Positions 12,497-25,599 of a stretch of 64,000 nt of DNA are shown piece after piece (the first letter of the stretch is position 1; each line of letters opens with the position of its first letter). This DNA is from Eledone cirrhosa (taxonomy: Eukaryota): positions 286,750,001 to 286,814,000 of the forward strand of contig OZ024743.1 of assembly GCA_964016885.1 (NCBI GenBank), in the 5' to 3' direction. The notes under the pieces are model-generated. The model made no database searches. It was not told the DNA's origin and saw only the letters and a program-made list of their open reading frames with translations. Both the position numbers and the translations under genes were made by a program.

Positions 12497-14884
12497 TAAT
12501 ATAGTACAATAATGTTTCAATATAATGCATTAAAATACACTAGAATAAAAGATTTGTTACTTGAACTGATGCATGATGGCAATATTTCAAAATTAAATAA
12601 TTCTATGATTTTTCATTTGCAATCTTGTTGTGAGGATGCCTATTCTTAAAAACAACAACATATTGTTTCAAAACAGATATCGTCATGACAGAGAAACCAA
12701 AACTGTGCAGATATAATATGGATGGAAAAAAATACATAACTGAATAAATAAATATAAAAGATTAATTTAGCAATCACATTATGAATCACAAGGGAGAAAA
12801 ATAATATATAAACATTTACTCATAATATATGGCCATTCAGTAGGCTGTACAGTCGGTAGACATAGGAAAACATAAGACTCGGTGTTCTACAGTGTTTAGT
12901 TTCACTCCTGTATGTTTTGAGTTCACATTTCACTGAGGAGTGGGTGATTTTATATTCTATTCCTCCATAGTCATTATGTCTGTTTTTCCATATTGGCATG
13001 GGTTGTATGTGTTTCATATCATGTCACTCATCATACCCCGTTTTTATATGGCTTACTCACAGCATAAAAAAACAAAAATAAAACAAAACAAAACAAAAAA
13101 CCTGGCCAACTCTGATGTTGAGTATGTCATTTATTTTGTCAGTCTTTATAGTTGGATATCTTTCCTATCATTATGCACTTTACAGCATAGATGGGCTGCA
13201 TTATAACATATCACCAGCACAATAGAGATTGTTTTAACAGCTAAAGAGTTCTCCTCTCCCTATGTATCATTTCTTCTTTGGAATCACTACTTTTTTTAGA
13301 TAGGTTGCCTGCATTGCTTCTTGCAGCAGCCATGATATTTACTTAAAATAAATGCTAATAATATACTGGAGATGATTCAATCCACTATACCCTGTCATCA
13401 ACAAAAAATATACCTGGTTCAAATAAACCTTTATTGGCCATAGGGTAGAAGTACATTGCTGGTGAGCTGACTTTGTAGCAGTTTCAATTCTCATCAGAAC
13501 CATTTTAATTTACTATCTCTGCTAATATTTCTGTGACATTTCCCTATAGTACTGAAATGGCTGAAACAGTAGAGACAATATGGTGATGGGTATAGAATGA
13601 GGTGAGGTCTGACACTTCAGGCAAAGCTTTTATTGCTGAGACAGACTTCAGTAATTTTTTCTGATTTTATTTATTTTTTATTTTTTTCTTATTTTAAGTA
13701 CTGGTAATATATTGGAAGAGATATATCTGGTTATAACCCACTTTCCTATGAAAACTGACTCTGTGCTCATTGAAAATAAACTAACACTATTATAGACTGA
13801 TAATTTTCAATGCAACGTAGAAAATACAAAGGGAAAATGATGACAAATAAAACAGAACAAAGTAATGTTTTACCCAGCGTATTTCAACATATTTTAGGGC
13901 TATTACCCTCTTTTCAAATGTGTGGCTGATACAGTTCAAAACAAGACAAACGATTGATGTGTTTTTTCTCCTTAACTGGCCGGCGTGCCTGAAATATGTA
14001 TGTGAACTACACCACTTTATAGTGTATACTTTATAGTAACACATAATACATAAGATTTGGGAAGAAAAGTATATTATGTTGTTTTAAAACATTTCTAGTG
14101 AAATTCTCATTGGTTTAAATTTGCTAGGTTACAACAATGTGGCATGTCAGTGTATTTTTGTATTATATGCCATATTCATTTAGACAAAAATAACAATGAT
14201 GATACCAAGGGTTATTTAAGGCACAGCACAGCACCAAGTGCTCTCTTTTAAGTTTGACACCAAGACATTGGCTGTGGTGGTCAGCTATAATGGCCAGCAT
14301 TGCCACAGGCAAGCCAGCAATGGTTTCTTTATAATACATCTTGCTTACAGATTCCACCATGTCTAAATACATGAACATCATAACAAAATACTTTCCTTCC
14401 ATGAACTCTATATTGTACTAATATGTTAAAGATAACATGATAAGACACTTATTGTTATTTTAAATCTTTGCATATTCCTCTTGTGTTATTGTTTGTCATA
14501 TGTCAGTTGAATTTCATGGTCAGAAATAAACATATAAATTAGCATTCTTGTTTCTTTGTAGGTCTGTACCAATATTCCGGTGGGGAGGGGGGGGATTGTT
14601 TCCCCCATATCAATCTCTCACCACCATCATCAATTGCTTCAACCATACACCAACAAATGGCCATTTCGACCACCTATTAAACAAACCAGCTAAATATTTT
14701 TGCTAAAGATTACATTAAAAAGAAGCTAAGTATTTTTACTAAATAGATGATGATGAGGATGAAAAAGAAGCTAAATATTTTTCAGTAAATTTTTTTTGGT
14801 GGGAGATGGGAATTTTAATAACTAATTAGTTAGATATTTTTTACTGAGATTTACATTTTATCAATTAATGTTGAATGTAGGTGT

Positions 14885-15212
14885 AAAAGCCAAACTCACT
14901 ATTTTCAATTTGGTATTCATGCCAACCCTTACCTATGGTCACGAATCTTGGGTAATGACCAAAAGAATATGTTTGTGAATACAAGTGGCCAAAAGGGGGT
15001 TACTACTATCATGTAATGTTACTTTAGAGTAACATTACATGATAGAGTGCATAGCTCTGAGATCAGAGAATCGCTCCAAGTAGGGCTGCTACTTCTCCGA
15101 ATTGAGAGATCACATCTCCGACACTATGAGCATGTTGTTAGAATGTCTCAGGAAAGAATCCCTGGACGTATTTTATGGGCAAAACCAACTGAAGAAGAAG
15201 AAGAAGAAGAAG

Positions 15213-15241
<29 letters not shown>
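14885..15241 (+). mobile_element. Old RTE-like LINE 3' relic (different family) followed by (GAA)n
   Basis: Translates as PTLTYGHESWVMT...IRESLQV..LRIERSHLRHYEHVVRMSQERIP, the RTE C-terminal motif, with stops. Confidence 0.7.
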
Positions 15242-15243
<2 letters not shown>

Positions 15244-16779
15244 GAATAAAAAAATCATAGAAAACAATTTAGGTACATTAATAGAAATATATGATTGAAA
15301 TTCTGTGAAGATCATTTATCATTTAGAATCTAATTATATATTATTTAATATTTTAATTAGTATCCAATATCAGAGGAGCAATTAAACTAATGCCATAAAT
15401 TTCACTAAGATATCATAGTCATATTTTTAATAAGGCATAGTGTGTGTATGTACATACATGGAATGCTAAGATCACTTAGTCTCCACATACAATGACTTAT
15501 ATATGTATATGCATGCAAATAACTAAACATATAGATATAATATATGCAAACATTTACATGCGATTTCTTTAGGAAACATACAAAGCACTCTTGCTAGTAA
15601 ATTATTTTATTAATCCCCCCATGATCCACAAGTTATGAATTTATGCTTCATGAGTTATGAGTTCTAACTCTACCACACATTTTAAATTGTATCTTGGTAT
15701 AATCTAATAGAAAAAGGTAGGTATTAAGAATGGTACTTACACTCAAATAAAACTTTAACAAGTCATACAGAGTTTGACTTTTCAGATACATCTGTGGAAT
15801 AGACTTACCTCAACTTCAGACCACTGAAATTGTCTACTGACACCCCCCCCCCTCTCTCCCCCTCTCTCTCTCTCTCTCTCTTTTTTTTTCTGGATGATGG
15901 ACACTACAGCCTTCAAAACTTCTATGCTTCCCAAAATTCGCCAACACTATACCTGATATTCCCCCTCCACACACACACGCATGTGTGTGTATGTGTGCGT
16001 GTGTGTGTGTATCATGACTCATTCACTGTTCACTTTTCTGACATTTTTACATTATTTTATGTGTTATACATGTACTTTAGATGAGTTGTAGTGCAACTGG
16101 GCAATGTCACAATAATTTTCATTATTATTTTATGTTGCCTCTGAGTTATGTTTCTTCACTGGATACATTAAGTTGTTAAGTTGTACATCAACATTTGTGT
16201 ACAACTTCCGAATTAATTTGGAATATTCTCGAAGATTCTTTTTCTTTTGTCATGTGACAGCAGGTTATAGAATCTGAAGCCAGTGAAAAATCTTCAAAAT
16301 TTCACCTGAATTTATGCTGTTTATATTTGTAACTTTGAAAGTTGTTTTTGCCCCAAATTCTTTTCTTAATGAATTCTTTCCAAGGCACAAAAAATTATGT
16401 ATCATTTGGATTCGAGAGAATTATAATTTCACAGGGTATTTATCATTTGGGATAGCGTTCATTAATACTTACAAAAAAACAAAACAAAAAACTGCAAACA
16501 CTACATTAAGTTAGCTGTTGTAATTAATATTGGATTATTTGTGTATGCTATTTTTTCTATGCAGTTTTGTTATGTTAATCTTGTGTAGCGTAAATAAAAA
16601 GAGATTTTTATTTGCTTGTTATTTAATAGACTGTGTTTTTGGCTTTTTTATTTTCTTCTCCCACCTTTTATTTTCTTCTCCCACATTTAATCTATAACAG
16701 TATTGAAAAAAATCAGTAAAAAAATAGTCAGTATTAAAAATAAATCAAAATAAAGAAAGAGGAATAAACTACCTCTTAC

Positions 16780-17600
16780 CTGATTGGAAGAGAATATATC
16801 AAAACAAAAAAATTTCTCCTTGGAAATATTTTCATCCAATAAATCTTGTTTAATAATCACATCTCCAATCAAATCATGTCTTGAAAATCGATCAAAGTCA
16901 TAGAGACTAAATTGTACACTTCGATTATGCAGATCCTGACATGATACATTGAACATAAAGGTTTCGTTAAATTCAGGATTCAGTGTTTTGCGATGCACCT
17001 TCGTTTGAAATTTGGTTTTACGATCTGGCAGCAAGTAAACCTTTACATAGGGATCACTTGTACCAGAGAAATCTTTAGCTGGGAGATTGATTGCATTTAT
17101 TATTGTTACAAACAAATGTTCATTTTGCATATCATATCTAAGACTGAAATAAAGTGTACCACATGATTGTTCATGTTTTGTTTCATCTGCACAGGCTTGT
17201 TTGTAAAGTTCAGGTTTAATTTTACCTATTGATGGCTGACTTTTCTGAGACAAGCTCTGCACAGAAAATTCCACGTTTGACAGGTCAAGTTTGTGAGACA
17301 AACTTCGCTCAAATGTTAGGTGTCTCTCAGAAACAGTAGGTAATGTTGATTGGCGAAACGCTTGCAAACTTCTCTTGACAGTGCTCTTAATCCCTTCTTT
17401 GCCATCACATTCATTTGCAAGATTAGGACTACTTTGACTAATTGATAAATTTGCTCTTTCCTCTTTCAGAATTTCAGCTTCATGATATACATGATGGTTT
17501 TTTCCTATTCTACAAAACCGTCGGTATATTAAGAATCCAATTGATAAAATCAGGAAGGCGACAACACAAGTAATTCCAATAATTTCTCCTATAGGGAGAG
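16780..17600 (-). CDS. Syt9-like: Internal exon of a synaptotagmin-9-like gene (Syt3/6/9/10 group): TM helix, linker, complete C2A domain
   Basis: Acceptor TTTTCCTTTACAG| at 17601/17600 (phase 1) and donor AATCAG|GTAAGA at 16780/16779 (phase 0). The protein has TM IIGITCVVAFLILSIGFLIY, the group signature IGKIKPELYKQ, and C2A LPAKDFSGTSDPYVKVYLLPDRKTKFQTKVHRKTLNP..YDFDRFSRHDLIG with all five Ca2+-binding Asp. Flanking exons were not found in the window. Confidence 0.93.
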
Positions 17601-20600
17601 CTGTAAAGGAAAATAAAACATTTATTGGCATTTAATTATATACACTCGTATAACCATATGCATGCACAAAAACAATTGCATATTTACACACACAAGTTTG
17701 GAGACAGAAAGATAGTGAAACAAAGAGAAAGTGATTTAAAATAAATATAAAGATAAATAAATATATCATCCCTTTCATCCTCATACTAAGCATCACCATC
17801 ACTATCATTTTTACCATTACTAACAGTGTTACAGCTATTATCATCATAATTGTTTTGACATCAATATTCCCTTGTTGACAAGTTGAGTGGGCCTGCAAGC
17901 TTTTTTATACCCCTTGATCTTGCAGTATTACAAATATTAAACTTGCATTATAAGTCAACCTAACCTCATGTTCACAAGCCAATCTGAGTTTCTCATTACT
18001 GCTGCCATCACCAAACCCTAGCATTTTAAAATCATGTAATATATTCACATTACACAACTCTACCAATGCAGTTAGCTATCCTATTTATATTGTCTTTAAT
18101 TCCCACCACAACCATACTCAATTTGTCATGAGAATTTTCATTGTGTATTCAGTGGATCATTCTTGATTCCTCATGATCTACACATATATCATACTGTATG
18201 TCCTTTATTTGTAGAGAAAAATGTTTTGTTGCAAATAGGCACAGTAGCTCCTAACTTCCATAATCCTTTTCAACCCATGGTCACTCTACTATCACTGGAT
18301 CTGTCTCCAGAAACATGCCAAAAAAAAAAAAAGCTAATGAAGGAGATTTTTTTATAGTCGTTTGCACTACCAGAAATAGCAGCTAAATCTCCCTTAAATC
18401 ACACCTAATAGTCTTAAAAATAGACTCATTGTAATCCTATAAGACTGTAATCCAAAAAGACTGGATTGTCAAGGCTGGAACACATTTGATTATAGATCTG
18501 CTGAGTCAGAGCTGATCTGGAATTAAACAGCAGCAACAGCAGCAACAGCAGCAACAAAAACAACAACAATAATAACAAGAGCAACAACTATCTATTAGTC
18601 TTATATGAAAAGTCTATACTTTTCAGTATACAGGTGATTATTCTGTTAGCTTCTCTATTATTTTGGGTTCTTAAAAATTTGCCAAAGACACCACTATTCC
18701 TCTTTTCCACTATCATTTTAATGATTACAAAGTACTGAGTTTGTCTCTCTTCTTTCTCCTTGACAAGTAATTTCCCTAATATATTTGACATTTATACTTA
18801 GATATAAATGATGTCAATCAAATAATTTTTGGATTATTCTTGAGATTTTTATAAATATTTTGCAAAAGAATCTCTATGCTGGCAAACTAGATAGAGGATG
18901 GAGATAAAAAGAGTAATTTTATTTCAATTTGACGATGCTTTAAATAACCTTTTAAAATTAATCTATATGTAGTTTGCAGTAAAAATGAAGGCATTTAATA
19001 AAAAAAGTTTGACAGAAGAGTTTATGTTAGGAACAAACCTAATAAAAGCTGTGGTAGAATAGATGGTGAAAAACAATTGTTGCATTGTGGTAAAACATAA
19101 ACATTCTGATGTCGCCTCACTCTGCCTACTTTATCACAACTACAGTAGCCTCTGCTCCTCTAATCTATCTAGTTGTATACTACCTCTACCCATATCCACT
19201 CCCCTCATTACCTCTATTGTGTGTTCTACTCCATACTAACTTTTTAATCCTTCTTTCCAGAAGTGCCAACCCTTTGGAATTTTTTTCCCATCCACTTTTT
19301 TTCTTCAGATGCCGACTTACAGATGTTCAAACTGAATATCAACCATGTCAATCTCATCAGTTTATGAGATTCTGCAGAGGTCATGAGTACAACCACTTCC
19401 TACTGATTAAACTATAAAACTGAAGGCAGTTGTTGCACAGAATAAGAGATTTAACAAGACAGAAATCAGTTATAAGCCAGAAGCATTGTGTTAAAGCAGG
19501 GCCTTATAACTAGTATTGAGATGTTCTGTGTGAGCTTCAAACATTTTCAAATTTCTATATGTGACATATGATATATCAAACATGTCACGAAAGATTGAGA
19601 GGATTAAGGGCATGACAACCTCTCTAGTGCTGAAGACACAATAAATGCATCCGGTACACTCTGTAGTGTTGTTGATGATAAAAAGCGCTGGCCATTCAGC
19701 CATAGAAAACTTGCCAAACAAAGGGTTGAGAGGACAGTTAAATTGTGTCAAGGATATGACAACTTTTCTAGTGATGATGTCAAAATGAAATGCACCTGGT
19801 ACACTTTGTAAAGTATGAGAACATATGTAAGTGAGATGTGCACCCCCTCCTTTTCCATCTGAAAGGTTGGTGGCACCAATTAAGTACTGACTCAGCTTGT
19901 GATGACCTGTCTAACTCCTGCTAGCAGGGAAAACATTAAATAATGATGATGACGATGGAAGCCATGGCAAAACTAAAAAAAAAAATTAAATTAAAAATAT
20001 AAAAAATGTTAAGAAATTTGAGGGATTTACTAAAATTATTAATTATTTCATTACTAAGATAGTGACTTAATGTAAAGATTCTTATATAAAATGATGTGGA
20101 AAGATTTTAATTTAAAGGGGAAAACCTTTAAAATGAGTGTTTTATTTTATAGAGCCGGTTTGGCCGAGTTGGTAACTAAAGAGTTAAGAGAATATGACAA
20201 ATTTCATTTCTTCATGAAATACTTAAAGTTGGTTGAAATGTTAGAATATCATATATCACAGTTTTCTAAATTGTCTCTTCCCTTTGTTTCTTTCCCTTCA
20301 ACCCTTCTTTCTAGAAATTAATTGCATTTATAAAAGCAACAGTCTGTGAAGCTATATCCAGACTACAGACTCAGATGGCTATCACAAAGTCAATGAATAT
20401 GATAAGATAAGCTAAAACAAAAACAAAAACAAAAGCAACAACAAACTAAACAAATTGATGATGATCTCTAGAGCATTATGAAATAGGAATGTACTTGTCT
20501 TGTTCTGAAACATTAACTATCTCCTGTATCAACACCAACATTATTATCACTATCATTCTTCACCTCCTACCCTGTTGTCATTGTTGTCTTCATCATCATC

Positions 20601-21003
20601 ATCACTGTTATTATCATCGCCTTCATCCTCATCATCACCTTCATCATTAATGAATGTTTTTAATGTCCTCATCATTATCATTGTCAATGAGGACCACCTC
20701 TTATGAATTCCAATTTGATATGGCTTCTATGGCTGGGTGGCCTTCCTAAAACCAATCACTTTTCAAAGTGTACTAGGTACATCTTATTGTGGCACCAGCT
20801 CTACCATTTTACAGAGTATAAATATATCATCTTTTCAACTTTTCCATATTGGCATGTATTGGATTGGATGGGGCATTTTGAAGCAATGTTTTACAGGTGG
20901 ATGCTCTTCCTAGCACCCACTCTTTTAGTTGCTACTTACAACATACAGGGATTGAGTGTACTTATTCTAAACTGGATACACATGATGTATATATGTATAT
21001 ATG

Positions 21004-21073
<70 letters not shown>

Positions 21074-21197
21074 AGGAGGTGAGTTTTATTGTAGTACAAT
21101 AAAGCAATGCAGATATCGGATAAGAAGCACTCTACAGTTTGTAGGACTGGAGTATACATAATATAAGATCAAAAGATGGTTAAAGGAGTTCCATGTA

Positions 21198-21264
21198 TTT
21201 TATTATGCGCATTTCAAAAACAAACATCATCATGCAATAATATTTGTGTTTTCATCAGATAAAA
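21198..21264 (-). ncRNA. Minimal type-I hammerhead ribozyme in Penelope pLTR (element-sense copy)
   Basis: Exact reverse complement of 25463-25529. Confidence 0.82.
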
Positions 21265-22294
21265 CAGGAGAACATGATATGAAGGCTAAAAAACACTTGT
21301 GGATAGTGCAGTTTTAAATCAACATATGAAAAGTGGTTTTAGATTGATGTGTGATATTGGGAAAAATATTTTATTTATAGAGGGGGGGGGGGGGGGGGTG
21401 GAAAGGATGAAAAAGGGGAGGAGATGAGAGGGAGAGATGGGTGATAGAGAGAAAGAGATAGTTTTTATAACTGAGATGACATAGAGAGGTTGAAAACCGT
21501 TGGAAGATAATGTATAAATTAAAAGAATTTGAAAATTAACGAAGGGAGGATATGTGCGAGGAAAAAATATTTTATTTAGGGAGGGGGGGGGGGGGGGAGA
21601 GGATGAAAAAAGGGGGAGGAGATGAGAGTGAAGGTGGAGAGGGAGAGATGGGTGATAGAGAGAAAGAGATAGTTTTTATAACTGAGAAAAAGATATATTG
21701 TTTTACATAGAGAGGTTGAGAACCGTTGGAAGATAATGTATAAATTAAAGGAATTTGAAAATTAACGAAGGGAATTTATGTATGAAGATAGAGAGAAAAA
21801 ATAATAATTGTGGATGAATATTCTAACGTCAAAAAAAGTGTATGTTGATAAGTATTGTGGCAATTTCAAAATTAACGAAGAGAAAAATTATTAAGGTTTG
21901 TGTGTAGAAGGATTTGAGAAAAATAATGTGAAGTTAAAGTTTGTATATTGAAGGAATTGATAATATATGCGAATAAAGAGTTAATATGTATTAAGAATGA
22001 GTTCGTTGATGGGGAGAAAAAAATAATAAATTAAGGATGAAATTGAGATTAAAAAGTTTTATGATAGAGAGAAAAAATAATAATGATTGCGGATGAATAT
22101 TCTAACGTCAAAAAAACAAATGTATATGTTATGAAGGATTTTACAAGGTGAAGATAGAAAGAGGGTAATGAGTAAACAAGTATTATAGAGTGTATAATGC
22201 CCTTTAAAGTAAGGTAGGAAGATGGGTATATTTTAAAGAGGTGTATGTATATGTGCCTTTGAGAAAAGATTCTAAATTGATAAAGAATTGAATA

Positions 22295-24073
22295 TTAACT
22301 GTATACTTTGTGAAAAGTCCTATGGAATTTATGCAGGCAGATAGAAAAAAAATCTGTACGTCTATTTATTATAGAATCTGGGTTAGAGATAATGGTAAAT
22401 TTTTCATTTAGGCAGAGATTACAGATTTTAGATAGAGAGCTGTTCAAGTATGAGGATGCAGAAGAAACCTTCTTCCAAAAGATGGTATATTTAATGTTTT
22501 TGTCTTTCAAGGACCATATGAGTTCTGAGAGAGCCGTGTTGGTTCTTTTAAGTTTGTATTTGAAAGATGAATGATGATTATAGAGACGAGCTTTAAAAGA
22601 GGTGGAAGTGGAGCCAAAATAGGTGAAGGAATTGGTGCTAGTTATAATTTTACACTCATAAATTAAGTTTTTATCGAGACAATGGTTGTTGAGAGGACAT
22701 TTATTTTTATTTTTAATGCGGCAGTTGCAATTAGAGAGATTATTAATGAGTGACCTAGTGTTATCTATAGAAGGAATTGGATTGGAGAAGTTGTTTGCGA
22801 TAGGAATAATAGGAATAATAGTTTCTTGATTTAGAGTTGGATTATGAACATTTAGCGAAGTTGTGTTTGACGTTGTATTTGGGTTTACAGAAGTTAGCCT
22901 AGGGTTTACAATGACGTCGGAAGTACTATTACTGTTATTATGAAATTCAATGTTGGAAGGAAGAGATTTAGTATTTAGTATTTTATTGTTGTGTTTAGAG
23001 ATGATGTTAGAAATATTGGAGGATGTAGAATAAGAAAATTTGATGGTGTGTTTGTTAAATATTTTACTATAGATATGAGAGGGAGGGAAGCATTTATTTA
23101 AGGCACTAAAAAATAATTTAGGAATATTGTTATTAATAGAGATGGAGAAAGGAGCATTATACCAGATTATGTTTTTGTATCTAGGTCTTTTATTAAAATT
23201 ATTGGAATGATCATGATTAATTATTCTACTGTAAGTTTTTCTAGAATTTGTTTCTTTACTATATTTGATTTTATCTGGATAGCCGGCTTTAGAAAGTGCG
23301 TTATTATAGTAATTGGCGTTAGCATCAAAGATGTTTTTATTAGAAGATATGTTAGATATTCTTTTTCCAATATTACTAACTATAGCATTCTTGATATTGG
23401 TAGGATGGTTAGATTTAAAGTTAACATAATTTAGGTTCTCATTGTTTTTATGGTAAGGGTAATATAGGCAAGTGTCAAGATTAAGAGATACATCCAAGAA
23501 ATTAGCTAGTTTGATACTATTATCAAATTCAATTTTTAGGTTATGTTGGTTAAAGAGATTACGTATATTGTTCTTAATAATATTAAGGTTAACTATATTG
23601 CAATTTAGGATAGTAAAGAGTCCATCGTCACGATAAATTCCACCGCGAAGTTGAGGAATTTTCCGACTCAAAGAGTTCAAAATGAAGATACCAATTAAAT
23701 CAGTCAATTGGGATGAATCGGATGCTCCCATTGTGATGTCGAAGTTGTTAGAGGTATCGGCTCTGGTCCAATATTCGTTGTTGAACTCTAGGATGGTTTT
23801 ACGTGCGGTGAGGATGATGTGAAGTTCATCTGTGGTGATGTCAGAATATTTAAGTGCGAAAGATAGAGCATTATTGAGAAGTGAAGGCGAAATGGAGGAA
23901 TAGTAGCTGGCAATATCAAATTGAATAAATTTTAGTTTGTTTTTATTATCCAATTTGTTGAACCAGCCAATCACTTCAGAAGTACCAAACCATAAATTTA
24001 GGTTCAAAGAAGAGCAATTAGAACTAACCTGTGGGATAATTCTATCCAAGATGGCTTTACTAACAACCCCCAG
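22295..24073 (-). CDS. Penelope-like reverse transcriptase (5'-truncated) plus Cys-rich linker and GIY-YIG endonuclease, uninterrupted frame
   Basis: FIQFDIASYY, MGASDS and IYRDDG RT motifs, FLDVSL, CNCR..CPLNNHCL, and LIYECK..TYFGST..FKARLYNH (GIY-YIG). The first ~29 codons of the called ORF come from the inverted arm. Confidence 0.9.
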   Translation of the reverse strand: MGVVSKAILDRIIPQVSSNCSSLNLNLWFGTSEVIGWFNKLDNKNKLKFIQFDIASYYSSISPSLLNNALSFALKYSDITTDELHIILTARKTILEFNNEYWTRADTSNNFDITMGASDSSQLTDLIGIFILNSLSRKIPQLRGGIYRDDGLFTILNCNIVNLNIIKNNIRNLFNQHNLKIEFDNSIKLANFLDVSLNLDTCLYYPYHKNNENLNYVNFKSNHPTNIKNAIVSNIGKRISNISSNKNIFDANANYYNNALSKAGYPDKIKYSKETNSRKTYSRIINHDHSNNFNKRPRYKNIIWYNAPFSISINNNIPKLFFSALNKCFPPSHIYSKIFNKHTIKFSYSTSSNISNIISKHNNKILNTKSLPSNIEFHNNSNSTSDVIVNPRLTSVNPNTTSNTTSLNVHNPTLNQETIIPIIPIANNFSNPIPSIDNTRSLINNLSNCNCRIKNKNKCPLNNHCLDKNLIYECKIITSTNSFTYFGSTSTSFKARLYNHHSSFKYKLKRTNTALSELIWSLKDKNIKYTIFWKKVSSASSYLNSSLSKICNLCLNEKFTIISNPDSIINRRTDFFSICLHKFHRTFHKVYS

Positions 24074-25462
24074 TATGAATGTAAAATTATAACTAGCACC
24101 AATTCCTTCACCTATTTTGGCTCCACTTCCACCTCTTTTAAAGCTCGTCTCTATAATCATCATTCATCTTTCAAATACAAACTTAAAAGAACCAACACGG
24201 CTCTCTCAGAACTCATATGGTCCTTGAAAGACAAAAACATTAAATATACCATCTTTTGGAAGAAGGTTTCTTCTGCATCCTCATACTTGAACAGCTCTCT
24301 ATCTAAAATCTGTAATCTCTGCCTAAATGAAAAATTTACCATTATCTCTAACCCAGATTCTATAATAAATAGACGTACAGATTTTTTTTCTATCTGCCTG
24401 CATAAATTCCATAGGACTTTTCACAAAGTATACAGTTAATATTCAATTCTTTATCAATTTAGAATCTTTTCTCAAAGGCACATATACATACACCTCTTTA
24501 AAATATACCCATCTTCCTACCTTACTTTAAAGGGCATTATACACTCTATAATACTTGTTTACTCATTACCCTCTTTCTATCTTCACCTTGTAAAATCCTT
24601 CATAACATATACATTTGTTTTTTTGACGTTAGAATATTCATCCGCAATCATTATTATTTTTTCTCTCTATCATAAAACTTTTTAATCTCAATTTCATCCT
24701 TAATTTATTATTTTTTTCTCCCCATCAACGAACTCATTCTTAATACATATTAACTCTTTATTCGCATATATTATCAATTCCTTCAATATACAAACTTTAA
24801 CTTCACATTATTTTTCTCAAATCCTTCTACACACAAACCTTAATAATTTTTCTCTTCGTTAATTTTGAAATTGCCACAATACTTATCAACATACACTTTT
24901 TTTGACGTTAGAATATTCATCCACAATTATTATTTTTTCTCTCTATCTTCATACATAAATTCCCTTCGTTAATTTTCAAATTCCTTTAATTTATACATTA
25001 TCTTCCAACGGTTCTCAACCTCTCTATGTAAAACAATATATCTTTTTCTCAGTTATAAAAACTATCTCTTTCTCTCTATCACCCATCTCTCCCTCTCCAC
25101 CTTCACTCTCATCTCCTCCCCCTCTTTTCATCCCCCCCCTCCCTAAATAAAATATTTTTTCCTCGCACATATCCTCCCTTCGTTAATTTTCAAATTCTTT
25201 TAATTTATACATTATCTTCCAACGGTTTTCAACCTCTCTATGTAAAACAATATATCTCCTCTCAGTTATAAAAACTATCTCTTTCTCTCTATCACCCATC
25301 TCTCCCTCTCATCTCCTCCCCTTTTTCATCCTTTCCACCCCCCCCTCTATAAATAAAATATTTTTCCCAATATCACACATCAATCTAAAACCACTTTTCA
25401 TATGTTGATTTAAAACTGCACTATCCACAAGTGTTTTTTAGCCTTCATATCATGTTCTCCTG

Positions 25463-25529
25463 TTTTATCTGATGAAAACACAAATATTATTGCATGATGA
25501 TGTTTGTTTTTGAAATGCGCATAATAAAA
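25463..25529 (+). ncRNA. Minimal type-I hammerhead ribozyme in the inverted Penelope arm
   Basis: TTTTAT CTGATGA [stem II ACAAATATTAT/ATGATGTTTGT] GAAA TGCGCA (palindromic stem III) TA ATAAAA. Predicted cleavage is after 25523. Confidence 0.82.
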
Positions 25530-25561
25530 TACATGGAACTCCTTTAACCATCTTTTGATCT

Positions 25562-25595
<34 letters not shown>

Positions 25596-25599
<4 letters not shown>

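Larger units (their letters stand above)
21070..25569 (-). mobile_element. Penelope-like retroelement, 5'-truncated with inverted 3' duplication, inserted in (TA)n
   Basis: RT+GIY-YIG ORF; near-identical inverted arms 21158-22660 and 24074-25569; an extra tail of about 90 nt (21070-21157) on one arm only; (TA)n at both outer ends. Confidence 0.92.

Noticed and set aside
13471-13500. Minus-strand CTGATGAG-AATT-GAAAC hammerhead-like core
   Set aside because: There is no stem II and no stem I pairing, so it is probably chance.
16687-17631. The 314-aa ORF as a complete single-exon gene
   Set aside because: The first 10 and last 30 codons are intronic read-through beyond clear AG and GT splice sites, and C2B is absent.
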